Positions 1 to 9,734 of a DNA stretch of 64,000 nt are shown in pieces (position 1 is the first letter of the stretch; each line of letters opens with the position of its first letter). Both the position numbers and the translations under genes were made by a program. The notes below the pieces were generated by a model. It saw only the letters and a list, made by a program, of their open reading frames with translations. It was not told where the DNA came from and searched no databases. The stretch comes from Planctomycetota bacterium (lineage in GTDB: Bacteria; Planctomycetota; UBA1135; UBA2386). The stretch covers positions 2,816,001-2,880,000 of the forward strand of contig JBKAGP010000001.1 in the NCBI GenBank assembly GCA_046290465.1, in the 5' to 3' direction.

Positions 1-737
1 GGCTCGCGCGAGCGCCCGTCGGTCTTGCACCAGCTGCCGACGATCGCGCCGTCGACGCGCGGCCACAGCTGCGCGGCGTTGTCGGCGGTCAGTCCAGAGC
101 CGATCCAGATCGGGAACGCAGAGACCGCGTCCCGCACGCTGTCGAGCATCGCCACATCGACCGGCTCGCCCGTACGAGAACCCGACAGCACCATGCCGTC
201 GGCTCCCGAACGTTCGGCGAGGTCCCGAGCGCCGGTCGCCAGGTCGAACGGCGCCAGCGGCGTCGCGTGCTTGACCAGGAAGTCGGCGAGCAACCGCGCG
301 TCGCTGCGCAGCTGACGACGGTAGGCGGAGAGCCGCGCGGCCTCGCCGGCGATCACGCCCTGGTCGGTGACGTAGGCGCCGGTCAGCACGTTGACCCGCA
401 CCCACGCGGCGCCGGTCGCGGCCGCGACCCCGAACGCCGCGACCCCGTCGTTGCGCAGGCAGTTGATGCCGACCGGCAGGCCGGTGGCGCGCTGGACCCG
501 ATCCGCGGCGATCGCGATGCCGGCGACCACGTCGGGCGTCACCGGGTCGTCGTGGGTGCCGCGATGGAACGGCGCGTCGCCGAAGTTCTCGACGATCAGG
601 CCGTCGAAGCCGGCCTGCGCGTAGGCCTCGGCGTCGGCCAGCGCCAGATCCAGCACCGACCGCATCGACTCGTGGCCCGCCGCCGACGGCAGCGCGCGCA
701 GGTGGACCACACCGAGCAGGGGTCGCGTCGCCGTCAT
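1..737 (-). CDS. BtpA/SgcQ family TIM-barrel protein (3' end runs off window)
   Basis: Not in the ORF track. Manual translation from ATG 737 (ATGA overlap with the GT2 stop) gives MTATRPLLGVVHLRALP...GFDGLIVENFGDAPF...VDGAIVGSWCKTDG, typical BtpA motifs. Confidence 0.85.
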   Translation of the reverse strand, partial: MTATRPLLGVVHLRALPSAAGHESMRSVLDLALADAEAYAQAGFDGLIVENFGDAPFHRGTHDDPVTPDVVAGIAIAADRVQRATGLPVGINCLRNDGVAAFGVAAATGAAWVRVNVLTGAYVTDQGVIAGEAARLSAYRRQLRSDARLLADFLVKHATPLAPFDLATGARDLAERSGADGMVLSGSRTGEPVDVAMLDSVRDAVSAFPIWIGSGLTADNAAQLWPRVDGAIVGSWCKTDGRSRE

Positions 738-1606
738 CGCTTCAGCATCGTGCGCAGCCGCATCTTGAAGCCCTTCCACGTCGGCGTCAGCTGCTGCGCC
801 TCGGCGATCACCTTGCGCGCCTCGTCGAAGCGGCCCTCACCGAGCATGTCCCAGGCGAGGTCGAGCCGCACGTCGGCGCGACGGCGCTTGATCAGGTTCT
901 GGAAGTGCGCCTCGCCCTCGTGCTGCGTGGCGATGCGTCCGAGGATTGTGTCGACACCGCGCAGGAAGCGCGTGTTGGCCGACAGGCTGCCGTCGTGCAC
1001 GCGGTAGAACGTCATCGCCTTGGCGGAGTAGGCGATCGGTTCGCGCACCGACATGCGCAGCCACAGGTCGTAGTCCTCGGTCGCGACCAGCTCCGGCGAT
1101 TCGTCGAAGCAGCCGGCGTCGATCACCGCCTGGCGACGGGCGACCACCGAACTGCAGACGATCGGGTTGCCGCGCAGCAGGAACTCGAGCGTCAGCACGT
1201 TGGGCACGGGACGCTGTTCGTTCTTGCGGCCCTCGATGCGGTCGCCGCGCACGATCCACGCGTCGGTCGCGCTGCAGGCCGCGCCGAGGTCCTCGAGCTG
1301 GCTCACGGCGCGTTCGATCTTGTCGGGCACGTACCAGTCGTCGGCATCGCAGAACGCGACGAACTCCGTCTCGGCCAGTTCGATGCCGCGGTTGCGGGCG
1401 GCACCGGGACCGCGCTGGTCCTGCGACACAACGTCGACGCCGAAGCCCTTGGCGACTTCGACCGTGTTGTCGGACGAGCCGTCGTCGACGACCACGACGC
1501 GTTCGGGCACGACCGTCTGTTCGCGGATCGCGTCCAGGGTCACGCCCAGGTACTCCCCCGCGTTGAACGCCGGGATGACGACGGTCACAGGTGCGGTGCG
1601 GGTCAT
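734..1606 (-). CDS. Glycosyltransferase family 2
   Basis: VVIPAFNA, VVVDDGSSD, GPGAARNRG, FCDADD and EDYDLWLR motifs. Confidence 0.92.
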   Translation of the reverse strand: MTRTAPVTVVIPAFNAGEYLGVTLDAIREQTVVPERVVVVDDGSSDNTVEVAKGFGVDVVSQDQRGPGAARNRGIELAETEFVAFCDADDWYVPDKIERAVSQLEDLGAACSATDAWIVRGDRIEGRKNEQRPVPNVLTLEFLLRGNPIVCSSVVARRQAVIDAGCFDESPELVATEDYDLWLRMSVREPIAYSAKAMTFYRVHDGSLSANTRFLRGVDTILGRIATQHEGEAHFQNLIKRRRADVRLDLAWDMLGEGRFDEARKVIAEAQQLTPTWKGFKMRLRTMLKR

Positions 1607-3033
1607 GATCCCTTGCGGCGGAGCTTCGACATCACGGCGGAGATGATGTCACGAATGTAGCGGAAGTCGGACGGGTGCACGAACAGGCAGCGCCACACCG
1701 GCGTGTCGGTCTGGCGACCGTAGGCGATCACCGTCCAGACCGTGCCGAGCACGTAGGCGCCGGTCGACGCGACCGCGGCGCCCTGCGCGCCATACTGCGG
1801 GATCAGCCAGACGTCGAGCGCGAGCATCGACACCAACACGCAGACCTGCGCGTTGACGCACGTCTGCAGCTGGTCGCGCGCGGCCAGGTCGGCCTGCAGC
1901 ACCTTCGACACGGTGAAGCCGACCGTTCCGGGGACCAGCAGCCACAGCGCCTCGCCGACGTGCGGGCTCCAGTCGTCGTACCAGACCGACGCGTCGTTCT
2001 TCGCCGCCCACGTGATCGCCCCCATGATCGGGTCGACCATCAGCACGATGCCGACCGCGCCGACCAGCGAGACCAGCAGGCCGAGCCGCGCGAACACCGG
2101 CGTCAGCTTGCGGGCCTGGTCGTGCGAGCTGCCGGCGACCTTCGAGAAGAACAGGTCGCGCATCGCCTCGGGGAAGTGCCAGACCAGTTCGGCCCAGGTC
2201 ACCGCCATCGAGTAGTAGGCGACCTCGGTGCCGGCGAGGTCCTTGGCATCCTCGACGCTGAAGCCGTGCTCACGCATCACCGAGATCATGACGATGCCGA
2301 GCACCAACAGGTCCACCCGGTGGTTGAGGTAGGTCAGCGTCGACGTTAGGTTGGCCTTCCAGCCGTAGCGCACCGCCTCGCGCAGGTAGCGCCGGTCGAC
2401 CTCGGCACGCAGCTTGACGACCTTGGAGACCAGCCACAGCGCCAGCACGGCGACGATCGCGGTCGACGCCAGACGCCCCCACGCGACCGCCAGCGGCACG
2501 CAGCCGTCCTCGACCGAACCGCCGAGCAGGAAGAACAGCAGGAAGAACGCCGGCAGGAACCCGACCGACGTCGCGATGTGCACGACGCCGTAGTCCTTGA
2601 TCCGTTCGGTCGCCAGCTGGGTGCTGTTGGCGTAGCTCGCGATCAGCAGCAGCGGCACGACCGCACAGATCGGCACCACCGCGAACCAGTCGAGCTGCCA
2701 GTCCGGGTCGATCCACGGCAGCACGTAGAGCGTGAACAGCGCCGAGGCCACGGCTACGAAGCCGCCCCACACCAGCGCCACCCACATCGACGTCTGGAAC
2801 GCCGTCTGTGCGGTCACCGACCTGCGCCGGACGAAGTAGACCAGCGCTGTCGCCAGGCCGAGGTTGGCGATCGCGCCGAGGATGAACGGCAGCGACGCCG
2901 CGATCCCCGACTTGCCGTGCTCCGCCGCCTGGTTGGCGGTCAGCAGATACAGGATCAGGCCGCCGCCCTTGTCGACCGCGACGACGAGGACGTGGACCAG
3001 AAACGTGAAGACGACCCAGCGCCGGAAGTTCAT
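1603..3033 (-). CDS. Wzx-like polysaccharide flippase / oligosaccharide transporter
   Basis: Many hydrophobic helices, LNHRVDLLVL, and C-terminal WLIPQYGAQGAAVAST; coupled to the GT2 gene. Confidence 0.8.
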   Translation of the reverse strand: MNFRRWVVFTFLVHVLVVAVDKGGGLILYLLTANQAAEHGKSGIAASLPFILGAIANLGLATALVYFVRRRSVTAQTAFQTSMWVALVWGGFVAVASALFTLYVLPWIDPDWQLDWFAVVPICAVVPLLLIASYANSTQLATERIKDYGVVHIATSVGFLPAFFLLFFLLGGSVEDGCVPLAVAWGRLASTAIVAVLALWLVSKVVKLRAEVDRRYLREAVRYGWKANLTSTLTYLNHRVDLLVLGIVMISVMREHGFSVEDAKDLAGTEVAYYSMAVTWAELVWHFPEAMRDLFFSKVAGSSHDQARKLTPVFARLGLLVSLVGAVGIVLMVDPIMGAITWAAKNDASVWYDDWSPHVGEALWLLVPGTVGFTVSKVLQADLAARDQLQTCVNAQVCVLVSMLALDVWLIPQYGAQGAAVASTGAYVLGTVWTVIAYGRQTDTPVWRCLFVHPSDFRYIRDIISAVMSKLRRKGS

Positions 3034-3063
3034 GCCTGCCTCACCACGCGGGTGACGGACGCA

Positions 3064-3933
3064 CTACCAGGGCAGCTCGGACGCGGTGAAGTCGTCGTGG
3101 ATCTGCGGCAGCAACTCTTCGATGCGTTCGGGCGACAGGCCGACCTGGTCGTAGACCTCGTGGTCGAGCGGCGCCGGCGCGGTGCCGACGGTGGAAGGCA
3201 TCTGGGCGCGCCAGGCGAGCTGGTCGGCGAGATGGATGAGCGAGCTGAGCGAACGATGGAACGGGTCACGCGCGGGCGCGTGGTGGTACCGGATGGCGAT
3301 CGCGAGATCCTCCGGCAACGACCACTTGATCGCCAGCACCGAACCGACGTCGGCGTGCGTGAAGCCGAAATCCTCGACCTCGGCATCGACCTCGGGCCGA
3401 CCCTGCTGGACCGACTTGCGCAGCATCGCGAGGTAGCGCGGCGCCGACTTCTCCATCAGGATGATCTTGCCGATGTCGTGCAGCAACCCGGCGATGTAGG
3501 CGTCCTCGGGGTGCATGTCGGTGAACTGGTCCGACGCGCCGGCGAGCACGCGCGCCGCGACCCCGGCGTAGACCGCGTGCTTCCAGAAGGCCGACGGATC
3601 GAAGTGTTGGATCTTGTCGCGGCGCTTCGTGAAGGCTGAGAAAACCGCGGCCTTCAACGCGACCTTCTTGGTCATGTTGAAGCCCATCACCGAGATCGCC
3701 AGGCTCACCGACGAGACCCGCACCTGCAGGCCGTAGTAGGCGGAGTTGACGATGCGCAGGATGTTGGTCGACACCGCCGGGTCGGCCGCGACGACCTTGG
3801 CCACGTCCGCGGCAGAGGTGTCCGGGTTGGCCATGACCTCGTTCAGCTTGATCAGGACCTCCGGCATCGTCGGCAGGTCGATCGTGCTGTTGACCAGCGT
3901 CAGGATGTTCGTCGATGAAGTCGTCTCAGCCAT
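3064..3933 (-). CDS. HDOD domain signal-transduction protein
   Basis: Likely start ATG 3933. LPTMPEV, DPAVSTNILRIVNSAYYG, FWKHA, AGLLHDIGK, GFTHADVG..L..KWSLP, HH motifs. Confidence 0.92.
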   Translation of the reverse strand: MAETTSSTNILTLVNSTIDLPTMPEVLIKLNEVMANPDTSAADVAKVVAADPAVSTNILRIVNSAYYGLQVRVSSVSLAISVMGFNMTKKVALKAAVFSAFTKRRDKIQHFDPSAFWKHAVYAGVAARVLAGASDQFTDMHPEDAYIAGLLHDIGKIILMEKSAPRYLAMLRKSVQQGRPEVDAEVEDFGFTHADVGSVLAIKWSLPEDLAIAIRYHHAPARDPFHRSLSSLIHLADQLAWRAQMPSTVGTAPAPLDHEVYDQVGLSPERIEELLPQIHDDFTASELPW

Positions 3934-3993
3934 GCGGTTCGCGCTCCCGTCCTTGTATCGGGGCGGGACGCGAGCAACCTTGATGCCCCTTCC

Positions 3994-5220
3994 GTGTCGA
4001 ACTCCTCGCAGCAACCCCGCGTCGTCTTCCTGTGCCAACGCGTGCCGTGGCCGCCCGACCGGGGCGACCGCATCACCACCTGGCACTTCCTGCAACACCT
4101 GCTCGCACGCGGTGCCGAGGTCCGCGTCGGGTGCTTCCTCGAAGAGGATCGGGACCACCAGGCTGTCGAGTTCTTGAACAGTCGCTGTGCCGAGGTCGTC
4201 GCACCGCGGCTGTCGCGCAAGGCGCGCAAGCTGACCAGCATGCGCGGCCTGCTGACCGGCGAGGCGCTGACGGTGCCGTTCTTCCGGCACGGCGAGCTGA
4301 GCCGCGCGATGGATCGCTGGAGCGCGACGCCGCCCGACCTGGTCTACGTCTACTCGTCGTCGATGGCGCAGTACGTGCTCGGCCGCGACGCCCGGGCCAA
4401 GGTGATGCAGTTCGCCGAGCTCGACTCGGACAAGTGGCGCCAGTACGCGGCGGTGGCCGGCCCGCTGGGCCGGTGGATCTACGGCCGCGAGGCCCGACGG
4501 CTGCTGGCGTTCGAGGATCGGGTGGCGCGCGAGTTCGACCGTTCGTTCGTCGTCAGCGAGGTCGAGAAGGACCTGTTCGAAGAACGCATCCCCGGAGTCG
4601 AGCCGGACGTGCTGCCCAACGGCGTCGACGTCGAGCACTTCGCGACGCAGGGCGACGCCGAACGGCACCCGCGCACCGCGGTGTTCACCGGGGTGATGGA
4701 CTACGAGCCCAACGTCGACGGCGTCTGCTGGTTCGTCGAGACGTGCTGGCCGACGCTGCGGCAGCGCTTCCCGGACGCGCAGCTGTTGATCGTCGGCAGC
4801 AAGCCGATCCCCAAGGTGCAGGCGCTCGGTGGCCGGGACGGCATCACCGTCACCGGTCGGGTCGAGACCACGCCACCGTACTTCGACCGTTCGTCGGTCG
4901 CGATCGCGCCGCTGCGACTGGCTCGCGGCGTGCAGAACAAGGTGCTCGAGGCGATGGCGATGTCGCTGCCGACGGTGGCGTCGCCGCAGGCCTCGCAGGG
5001 CCTCGGCGACGACGTGCCGGCGCAGTCGCTGTGCGTCGCGGACGGCGCCGAGGAGACCATCGCGGGGGTCACCCGATGGTTTGCCGATCCGGAGCTCGCG
5101 CGTCGCGACGGCGCCGCGGCCGGCGAGTGGGTGCGGCGCACGTGGCGCTGGGAACGGATGTACGAGCGCCTCGACGAGATCCTGGCGCAGCTCGGCGTGC
5201 CGTTCGTGGCGGCGCGCTAG
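3994..5220 (+). CDS. GT4 glycosyltransferase, PEP-CTERM/exosortase-associated type (TIGR03087-like)
   Basis: QRVPWPPDRGDRI, DSDKWRQYA, FTGVMDYEPNVDG, ARGVQNKVLEAMAM. Confidence 0.88.
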   Translation: MSNSSQQPRVVFLCQRVPWPPDRGDRITTWHFLQHLLARGAEVRVGCFLEEDRDHQAVEFLNSRCAEVVAPRLSRKARKLTSMRGLLTGEALTVPFFRHGELSRAMDRWSATPPDLVYVYSSSMAQYVLGRDARAKVMQFAELDSDKWRQYAAVAGPLGRWIYGREARRLLAFEDRVAREFDRSFVVSEVEKDLFEERIPGVEPDVLPNGVDVEHFATQGDAERHPRTAVFTGVMDYEPNVDGVCWFVETCWPTLRQRFPDAQLLIVGSKPIPKVQALGGRDGITVTGRVETTPPYFDRSSVAIAPLRLARGVQNKVLEAMAMSLPTVASPQASQGLGDDVPAQSLCVADGAEETIAGVTRWFADPELARRDGAAAGEWVRRTWRWERMYERLDEILAQLGVPFVAAR

Positions 5221-5298
5221 GAGCGCGTCCACGTAGTAGACGCGCTGCCAACCGGGATCGCGGAAGCGGCGTGTACGCCTCGGACGGGGCTTTGCCCG

Positions 5299-6036
5299 CT
5301 AGGGCTGGTCGGGCTGGCGTCGGTCCTGCTGGCCGTCGGTCAGGTTGAACACGACCTCGATGTCGGTCTCGCTCGCGACCGCGACGCCATTCTCGGTCGC
5401 CGGGTCGAACCGCCACTTGCGGGCGGCGCGCAGCGCGGCGCGGTTGAACCCGGCGTAGCGCGACGGCGTCTTGAGGCTGACCTCGTCGACCGTGCCGTCG
5501 GCCGCGACCGAGATGCGCAGCACCACGGTGCCTTCGCGGTTCATGCGCCGCAGCTTCTCCGGGTAGGCCGGCGGACCGCCGCGGTCGGAGCGGGTCGCGG
5601 ACGTGTAGGCGGGCACCGATTCCTGCTCGACCGGCTTCTTCTCGACCGGCTTCTCGACGACCGGCTGCTCGGTCGGCACGACCGGCTCGTTCGCCTCGAC
5701 CTGCTTGCGCAGGACGCGCTCGGCGGTCGCCTGGTTGAGCATCGACGACGCGGTCGCCGGCAGCGGCGACGCCTCGATCACCGGCTCCGGCTCACGCGGC
5801 TCGGGCGGCGGCACGTCGAGGTCGACCAGCGGGCTGGCATCGCGCGCGTCCTCGGCCTCGACGTCCGGACACGGCCGCATGTTGGTGCGGGCCGGCGCCG
5901 ACGGCGGTTGGTTGCGGATCTCGATGCGCGCGACCGGCCGGGCGGCCTGCCGGTGCGCGTAGACCCCGAGCACCAGCGCCACCGAAACGGCGGCGCCGTG
6001 CAGGAGCATCGATACCAGCAGCCAGGGGGTGCGCAC
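5299..6036 (-). CDS. TonB family energy transducer
   Basis: N-terminal TM with SMLLH, Pro/Glu-rich linker, C-terminal PAYP..REGTVVLRI...WRFDPA. Confidence 0.88.
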   Translation of the reverse strand: MRTPWLLVSMLLHGAAVSVALVLGVYAHRQAARPVARIEIRNQPPSAPARTNMRPCPDVEAEDARDASPLVDLDVPPPEPREPEPVIEASPLPATASSMLNQATAERVLRKQVEANEPVVPTEQPVVEKPVEKKPVEQESVPAYTSATRSDRGGPPAYPEKLRRMNREGTVVLRISVAADGTVDEVSLKTPSRYAGFNRAALRAARKWRFDPATENGVAVASETDIEVVFNLTDGQQDRRQPDQP

Positions 6037-6175
6037 GGTCGGGTGGAGAACGATACCGTAAGCCGGTCGGTTCAGAAGCTCCGAAGCCTGCCGGGCCCAA
6101 TCCCGAGCTGGCCCGATCCCGTGCTAGTCCGATCCAGTGCTAGTCAGGGCCCCCGACCTCCGACAAGATGGGCAC

Positions 6176-6934
6176 ATGCTGGCCATCGCTGCCCTGCGCA
6201 AGACCTACGGCTCGTTCGTCGCCCTGCACGGGCTCGACCTCACGGTCGCCCCGGGCGAGATCCTGGCGCTGCTCGGGCCGAACGGCGCCGGCAAGTCCAC
6301 CACCGTCAAGTGCCTGGTCGGCCTGCTGCGACCGGACTCGGGTTCGGTGACCGTCGACGGCGTCGACGCGCTGCGCGACTCGTCGGCGCGGCGGTTGATC
6401 GGCTACCTGCCCGAGGTCGCCAAGCTGCACGAGACGCTGACCCCGTGGGAGTTCCTGCTGCTGAAGGGCCGGCTGTTCGACCTCGACGACCCGACCGTCG
6501 CCGCGCGCGCCGAGCGGTTGCTCGACGGCTTCGGCATCGTCGACCGCAAGGACGAGCCGATGGTCGCGTTCAGCAAGGGCATGCTGCAGAAGGTGTCGAT
6601 CTCGGCGGCGCTGCTGACCGAACCGAAGCTGCTGGTGTTCGACGAGCCGTTGTCCGGCCTCGACGTCACCACCGCGCTGGTCGTCAAGCAGCTGATGCAC
6701 GAGTTCGCGGAGCGCGGCGGCGCGGTGCTGCACTGCAGCCACCTGCTCGACGTCGTCGAGAACACCGCGCATCGCATCGCCGTGCTCGACAAGGGCAAGC
6801 TGCTCGCCAACGGCACCGCCGCCGAACTACGCAGCCAGGCCGGCGCCGGCGCCGACACCCACCTCGACCAGGTCTTTCGCTCGCTGGTCCAGGCCAGCGA
6901 CCCCGCCGCCGTCGCCAAGGCCATCCTCGGCTGA
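6176..6934 (+). CDS. ABC transporter ATP-binding protein
   Basis: Walker A GPNGAGKST, signature FSKGM, Walker B LLVFDEP, H-loop SH. Likely start ATG 6176. Confidence 0.92.
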   Translation: MLAIAALRKTYGSFVALHGLDLTVAPGEILALLGPNGAGKSTTVKCLVGLLRPDSGSVTVDGVDALRDSSARRLIGYLPEVAKLHETLTPWEFLLLKGRLFDLDDPTVAARAERLLDGFGIVDRKDEPMVAFSKGMLQKVSISAALLTEPKLLVFDEPLSGLDVTTALVVKQLMHEFAERGGAVLHCSHLLDVVENTAHRIAVLDKGKLLANGTAAELRSQAGAGADTHLDQVFRSLVQASDPAAVAKAILG

Positions 6935-6982
6935 CCAGCCCACTCGAACGCCCCGGTTCGCCGACCGGTGCGCAAATCCGGC

Positions 6983-7030
6983 CGGGCTTCGGCCGGGCTT
7001 CGGGCGGGCTTCGGGCGGGCTTCGGGCGGG
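6983..7030. repeat. ~11-bp tandem repeat (CGGGCTTCGG[C/G]) about 4 copies
   Basis: Read directly; lies between the convergent ABC and helicase genes and abuts the helicase stop. Confidence 0.8.
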
Positions 7031-8254
7031 CTAGACGGCGCTGGCGGCGGTGCGGCGGCCGCCGCCGCGACGGGGCTTGCGATCGCCGCCCTTGCGGGGG
7101 CCGCCGCGCTTGCCGCCGCGACCCTTGGGCATGCCGTAGCCGCGGCCCGGGGCGCTTGGCGCGTTCTGCACTTCCTTGCCGGCGAGGTGCGCCTTGACGA
7201 CCTCGTAGAGCCGCTTCTCCGACGGCGCGACCAGCGAGACCGCGCGGCCGGTCTTGCCGGCCCGGCCGGTGCGGCCCGAACGGTGGATGTAGTCCTCGAG
7301 CGCGAGCGGGAAGTCGTAGTTGACCACCAGTTCGACGTCGTCGACGTCGATGCCGCGGCCGGCGACGTCGGTCGCGATCAGGAACCGCGTGCGACCACGC
7401 GAGAACGCGCCGAGGCACGCGTGCCGCGCTTCGGCACTCTTGTCGCCGTGGATCGAGTCCGCCGGCAGGCCGGTGCGCTTCAGCATGTTGCCGAGCTTCT
7501 CGCAGCCGATCTTCTTGTTGCAGAACACCAGCACCTTGCCCTGCTCGCGGCGCAGCAGCCGCTCGAGCGCGTCGGCCTTGTCGGTCGCGCTGACCGCGGC
7601 GAAGCGGTGCGTGATCGTGCTCGCCGACTCGCTGCGACGACCGATCTGCACGCGCTCGGCGCCGGGCAAGAAGTCCTCGACCAGCGACTCGACCTCGGTG
7701 GGCAGCGTCGCCGAGAACAGCAGGTTCTGCCGCTCGTCGGGCACGCGCAGGAAGATCCGCCGGATCTGCGGCATGAACCCCATGTCCAGCATCCGGTCGG
7801 CCTCGTCGAGCACGACCATCTCCACCTTCTCGAGCGAGATGTTGCGGCGCTCGAGGTGGTCGATCAGGCGACCGGGGCAGGCGACCAGCACGTCGAGGCC
7901 GCGCTTGAACGCGCTCTCCTGGATCGACAGGTCGATGCCGCCGAACGCCGTGCACACGTGCAGGCCGGCGTGCTTGGCGTAGATGCGCAGGTTCTCGGCG
8001 ACCTGCACGCACAGCTCGCGGGTCGGCACGATGATCAGGCCGCGCAGGCCCGGCTCACCGCCGCACAGGCGGTCGAGCATCGGCAGGCCGAACGCGGCGG
8101 TCTTGCCGCTGCCGGTCTGGCCGAGGCCGATCAGTTCGTCGCCGGCGAGGACCTTGGGGATGGCGTGCGCCTGGATCTCGGTCGGCTGTTCGTAGCCGGC
8201 GTCGCGCACGCCCTTGAGGATGGGCTTCTTCAGCCCGAGGGATTCAAAACTCAC
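7031..8254 (-). CDS. DEAD-box RNA helicase (RhlE/CsdA-like)
   Basis: GTG 8254 (SFESLGL). Q motif PTEIQ, GSGKT, PTREL, DEAD, SAT, HRSGRTGRAG, basic RGG tail. Confidence 0.95.
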   Translation of the reverse strand: MSFESLGLKKPILKGVRDAGYEQPTEIQAHAIPKVLAGDELIGLGQTGSGKTAAFGLPMLDRLCGGEPGLRGLIIVPTRELCVQVAENLRIYAKHAGLHVCTAFGGIDLSIQESAFKRGLDVLVACPGRLIDHLERRNISLEKVEMVVLDEADRMLDMGFMPQIRRIFLRVPDERQNLLFSATLPTEVESLVEDFLPGAERVQIGRRSESASTITHRFAAVSATDKADALERLLRREQGKVLVFCNKKIGCEKLGNMLKRTGLPADSIHGDKSAEARHACLGAFSRGRTRFLIATDVAGRGIDVDDVELVVNYDFPLALEDYIHRSGRTGRAGKTGRAVSLVAPSEKRLYEVVKAHLAGKEVQNAPSAPGRGYGMPKGRGGKRGGPRKGGDRKPRRGGGRRTAASAV

Positions 8255-8714
8255 GGGGATGTCAGGTTGTGGCAGCGGGCCCGATCGTCGGGCGCTGGGC
8301 TGCGGGGATTCGGTTTGCGTCGCATGGCGCACCCGCCCCCGAACCCTGGCCGACCCACCTGGTCGCCACCCGCCGGACGCTGCGTACACCGCGCGTGTCG
8401 TGCTCGAACCGGGTCGTCGCGACCACCGTCGATGGAATGACCGCGGCGATCGCCACTGTCGGTTCCGTGCACAACTGTCGTTGGCATCGGTCGTTCGCTG
8501 CCTCGACTTGAGACCGGAATCCGTTCCGGCGGCAGCATCCCGATGGTCGAGGCGGCCAATCGGGCCCCGTCGACGCGGGGAATGGTAGCCCGAACCGCCT
8601 GGCCCCACAAGATCCCGGCGGTCCGGGGCCCGGCACGGGCCCAGTCGGCGGCGGTCGCGTGCGCTCCCGTCGCGGCCTGCGGAAGTCCGAGCGGCGCCCG
8701 CTACGATCCCGGCC

Positions 8715-9179
8715 ATGCATTGCCCTTCGCCCAACGAACACCACCAGCTCCTCGCGCGCTTCGCCGGCACTTGGCACGGCAAGGAAACCATGCATCCGTC
8801 GGAGTGGAGCCCGGAGACGATGGTGCTGGACGCCACCACGACGTGGCGCGTCGACCTCGGCGGCTTCGTGCTGATCACCGATTACGAGCAGCACAAGGAC
8901 GGCCAACCGACCTACCGCGGCCACGGCGTCTACACGATCGACCCGGAGAGTAACGAGGTCGTGCTGCACTGGTTCGACCAGATGGCCGGCCAGCGCGAGG
9001 AGTTCCGCGGCAGCTGGACCGGCCAGGAGCTGACCCTGCAGAGCAAGAACCAGATGGGCTTCATGCGGCTGCACTACGACCTGTCGGTCGACGGCCAGCT
9101 CGAGACCCGGGGCGAGATGTCGGCCGACGGGGAGAACTGGAAGCCGATGTTCGACGGCGAGCACAGCCGACGGGGCTGA
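8715..9179 (+). CDS. DUF1579-like protein
   Basis: P..EHHQLLARFAGTWHG, LGGFVL, WFDQM pattern recognised by eye. Confidence 0.7.
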   Translation: MHCPSPNEHHQLLARFAGTWHGKETMHPSEWSPETMVLDATTTWRVDLGGFVLITDYEQHKDGQPTYRGHGVYTIDPESNEVVLHWFDQMAGQREEFRGSWTGQELTLQSKNQMGFMRLHYDLSVDGQLETRGEMSADGENWKPMFDGEHSRRG

Positions 9180-9219
9180 TCACACCGCGCGGATCACACC
9201 GCGCGGATCACACCGCGCG
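9178..9219. repeat. 14-bp tandem repeat GATCACACCGCGCG x3
   Basis: Read directly; starts inside the stop codon of the DUF1579 gene. Confidence 0.9.
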
Positions 9220-9291
9220 GAGACGCTGCGGCGGCCAGGCCATTGTTCCCGCGCAGGGGTGCTGCAGCCGAACAAAAGGTGTCGCCACCGA

Positions 9292-9675
9292 TCACTTGCG
9301 ACCGATGGCGACGAGCTGCAGGGCGTCCTCCGGCGACGAGCCGTCGTTGGTCGTCGTCGCCTCGCCGCGCAGGCAGACGGGGGCATCCGTCGGCCGCGCT
9401 TCGCCCTGCAGGTGCAGGACCGCGTGCAGCGCCAGCAGCTCGAACTGGGTCGTCGAACTCTGGTTGGCCGGCGTGCGGAACCAGCGGTGTTCGCCCTTCT
9501 CAGGTTCTACCCGGACCAGCACGGTGCCGTCGTCCTCGACGAACCATCCACCGATCCGCCCTTCGAGGGTCACGTCGCGCCGAGGCGTCGTCGTGGCGGA
9601 CGGCGAGGTCCACAGAGAAGAGGTGAGCGGGACGGAGATGGCGGCGAGCGCCAGGGCAACGGACTTGATCAACAT
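9292..9675 (-). CDS. Hypothetical secreted protein
   Basis: ATG 9675, MLIKSVALALAAISVP signal-peptide-like start, host-like codon usage. Confidence 0.6.
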   Translation of the reverse strand: MLIKSVALALAAISVPLTSSLWTSPSATTTPRRDVTLEGRIGGWFVEDDGTVLVRVEPEKGEHRWFRTPANQSSTTQFELLALHAVLHLQGEARPTDAPVCLRGEATTTNDGSSPEDALQLVAIGRK

Positions 9676-9734
9676 GACTGGATGGTCGGGTAAGGGAGGA
9701 AAGGCGGGCGAACGGGAGCGTTGCTGCGGGCAGA

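Noticed and set aside
3934..5232. N-terminal ~430 aa of the 722-aa ORF 3064-5232
   Set aside because: Antisense shadow of the GT4 gene; the real HDOD protein starts at ATG 3933.
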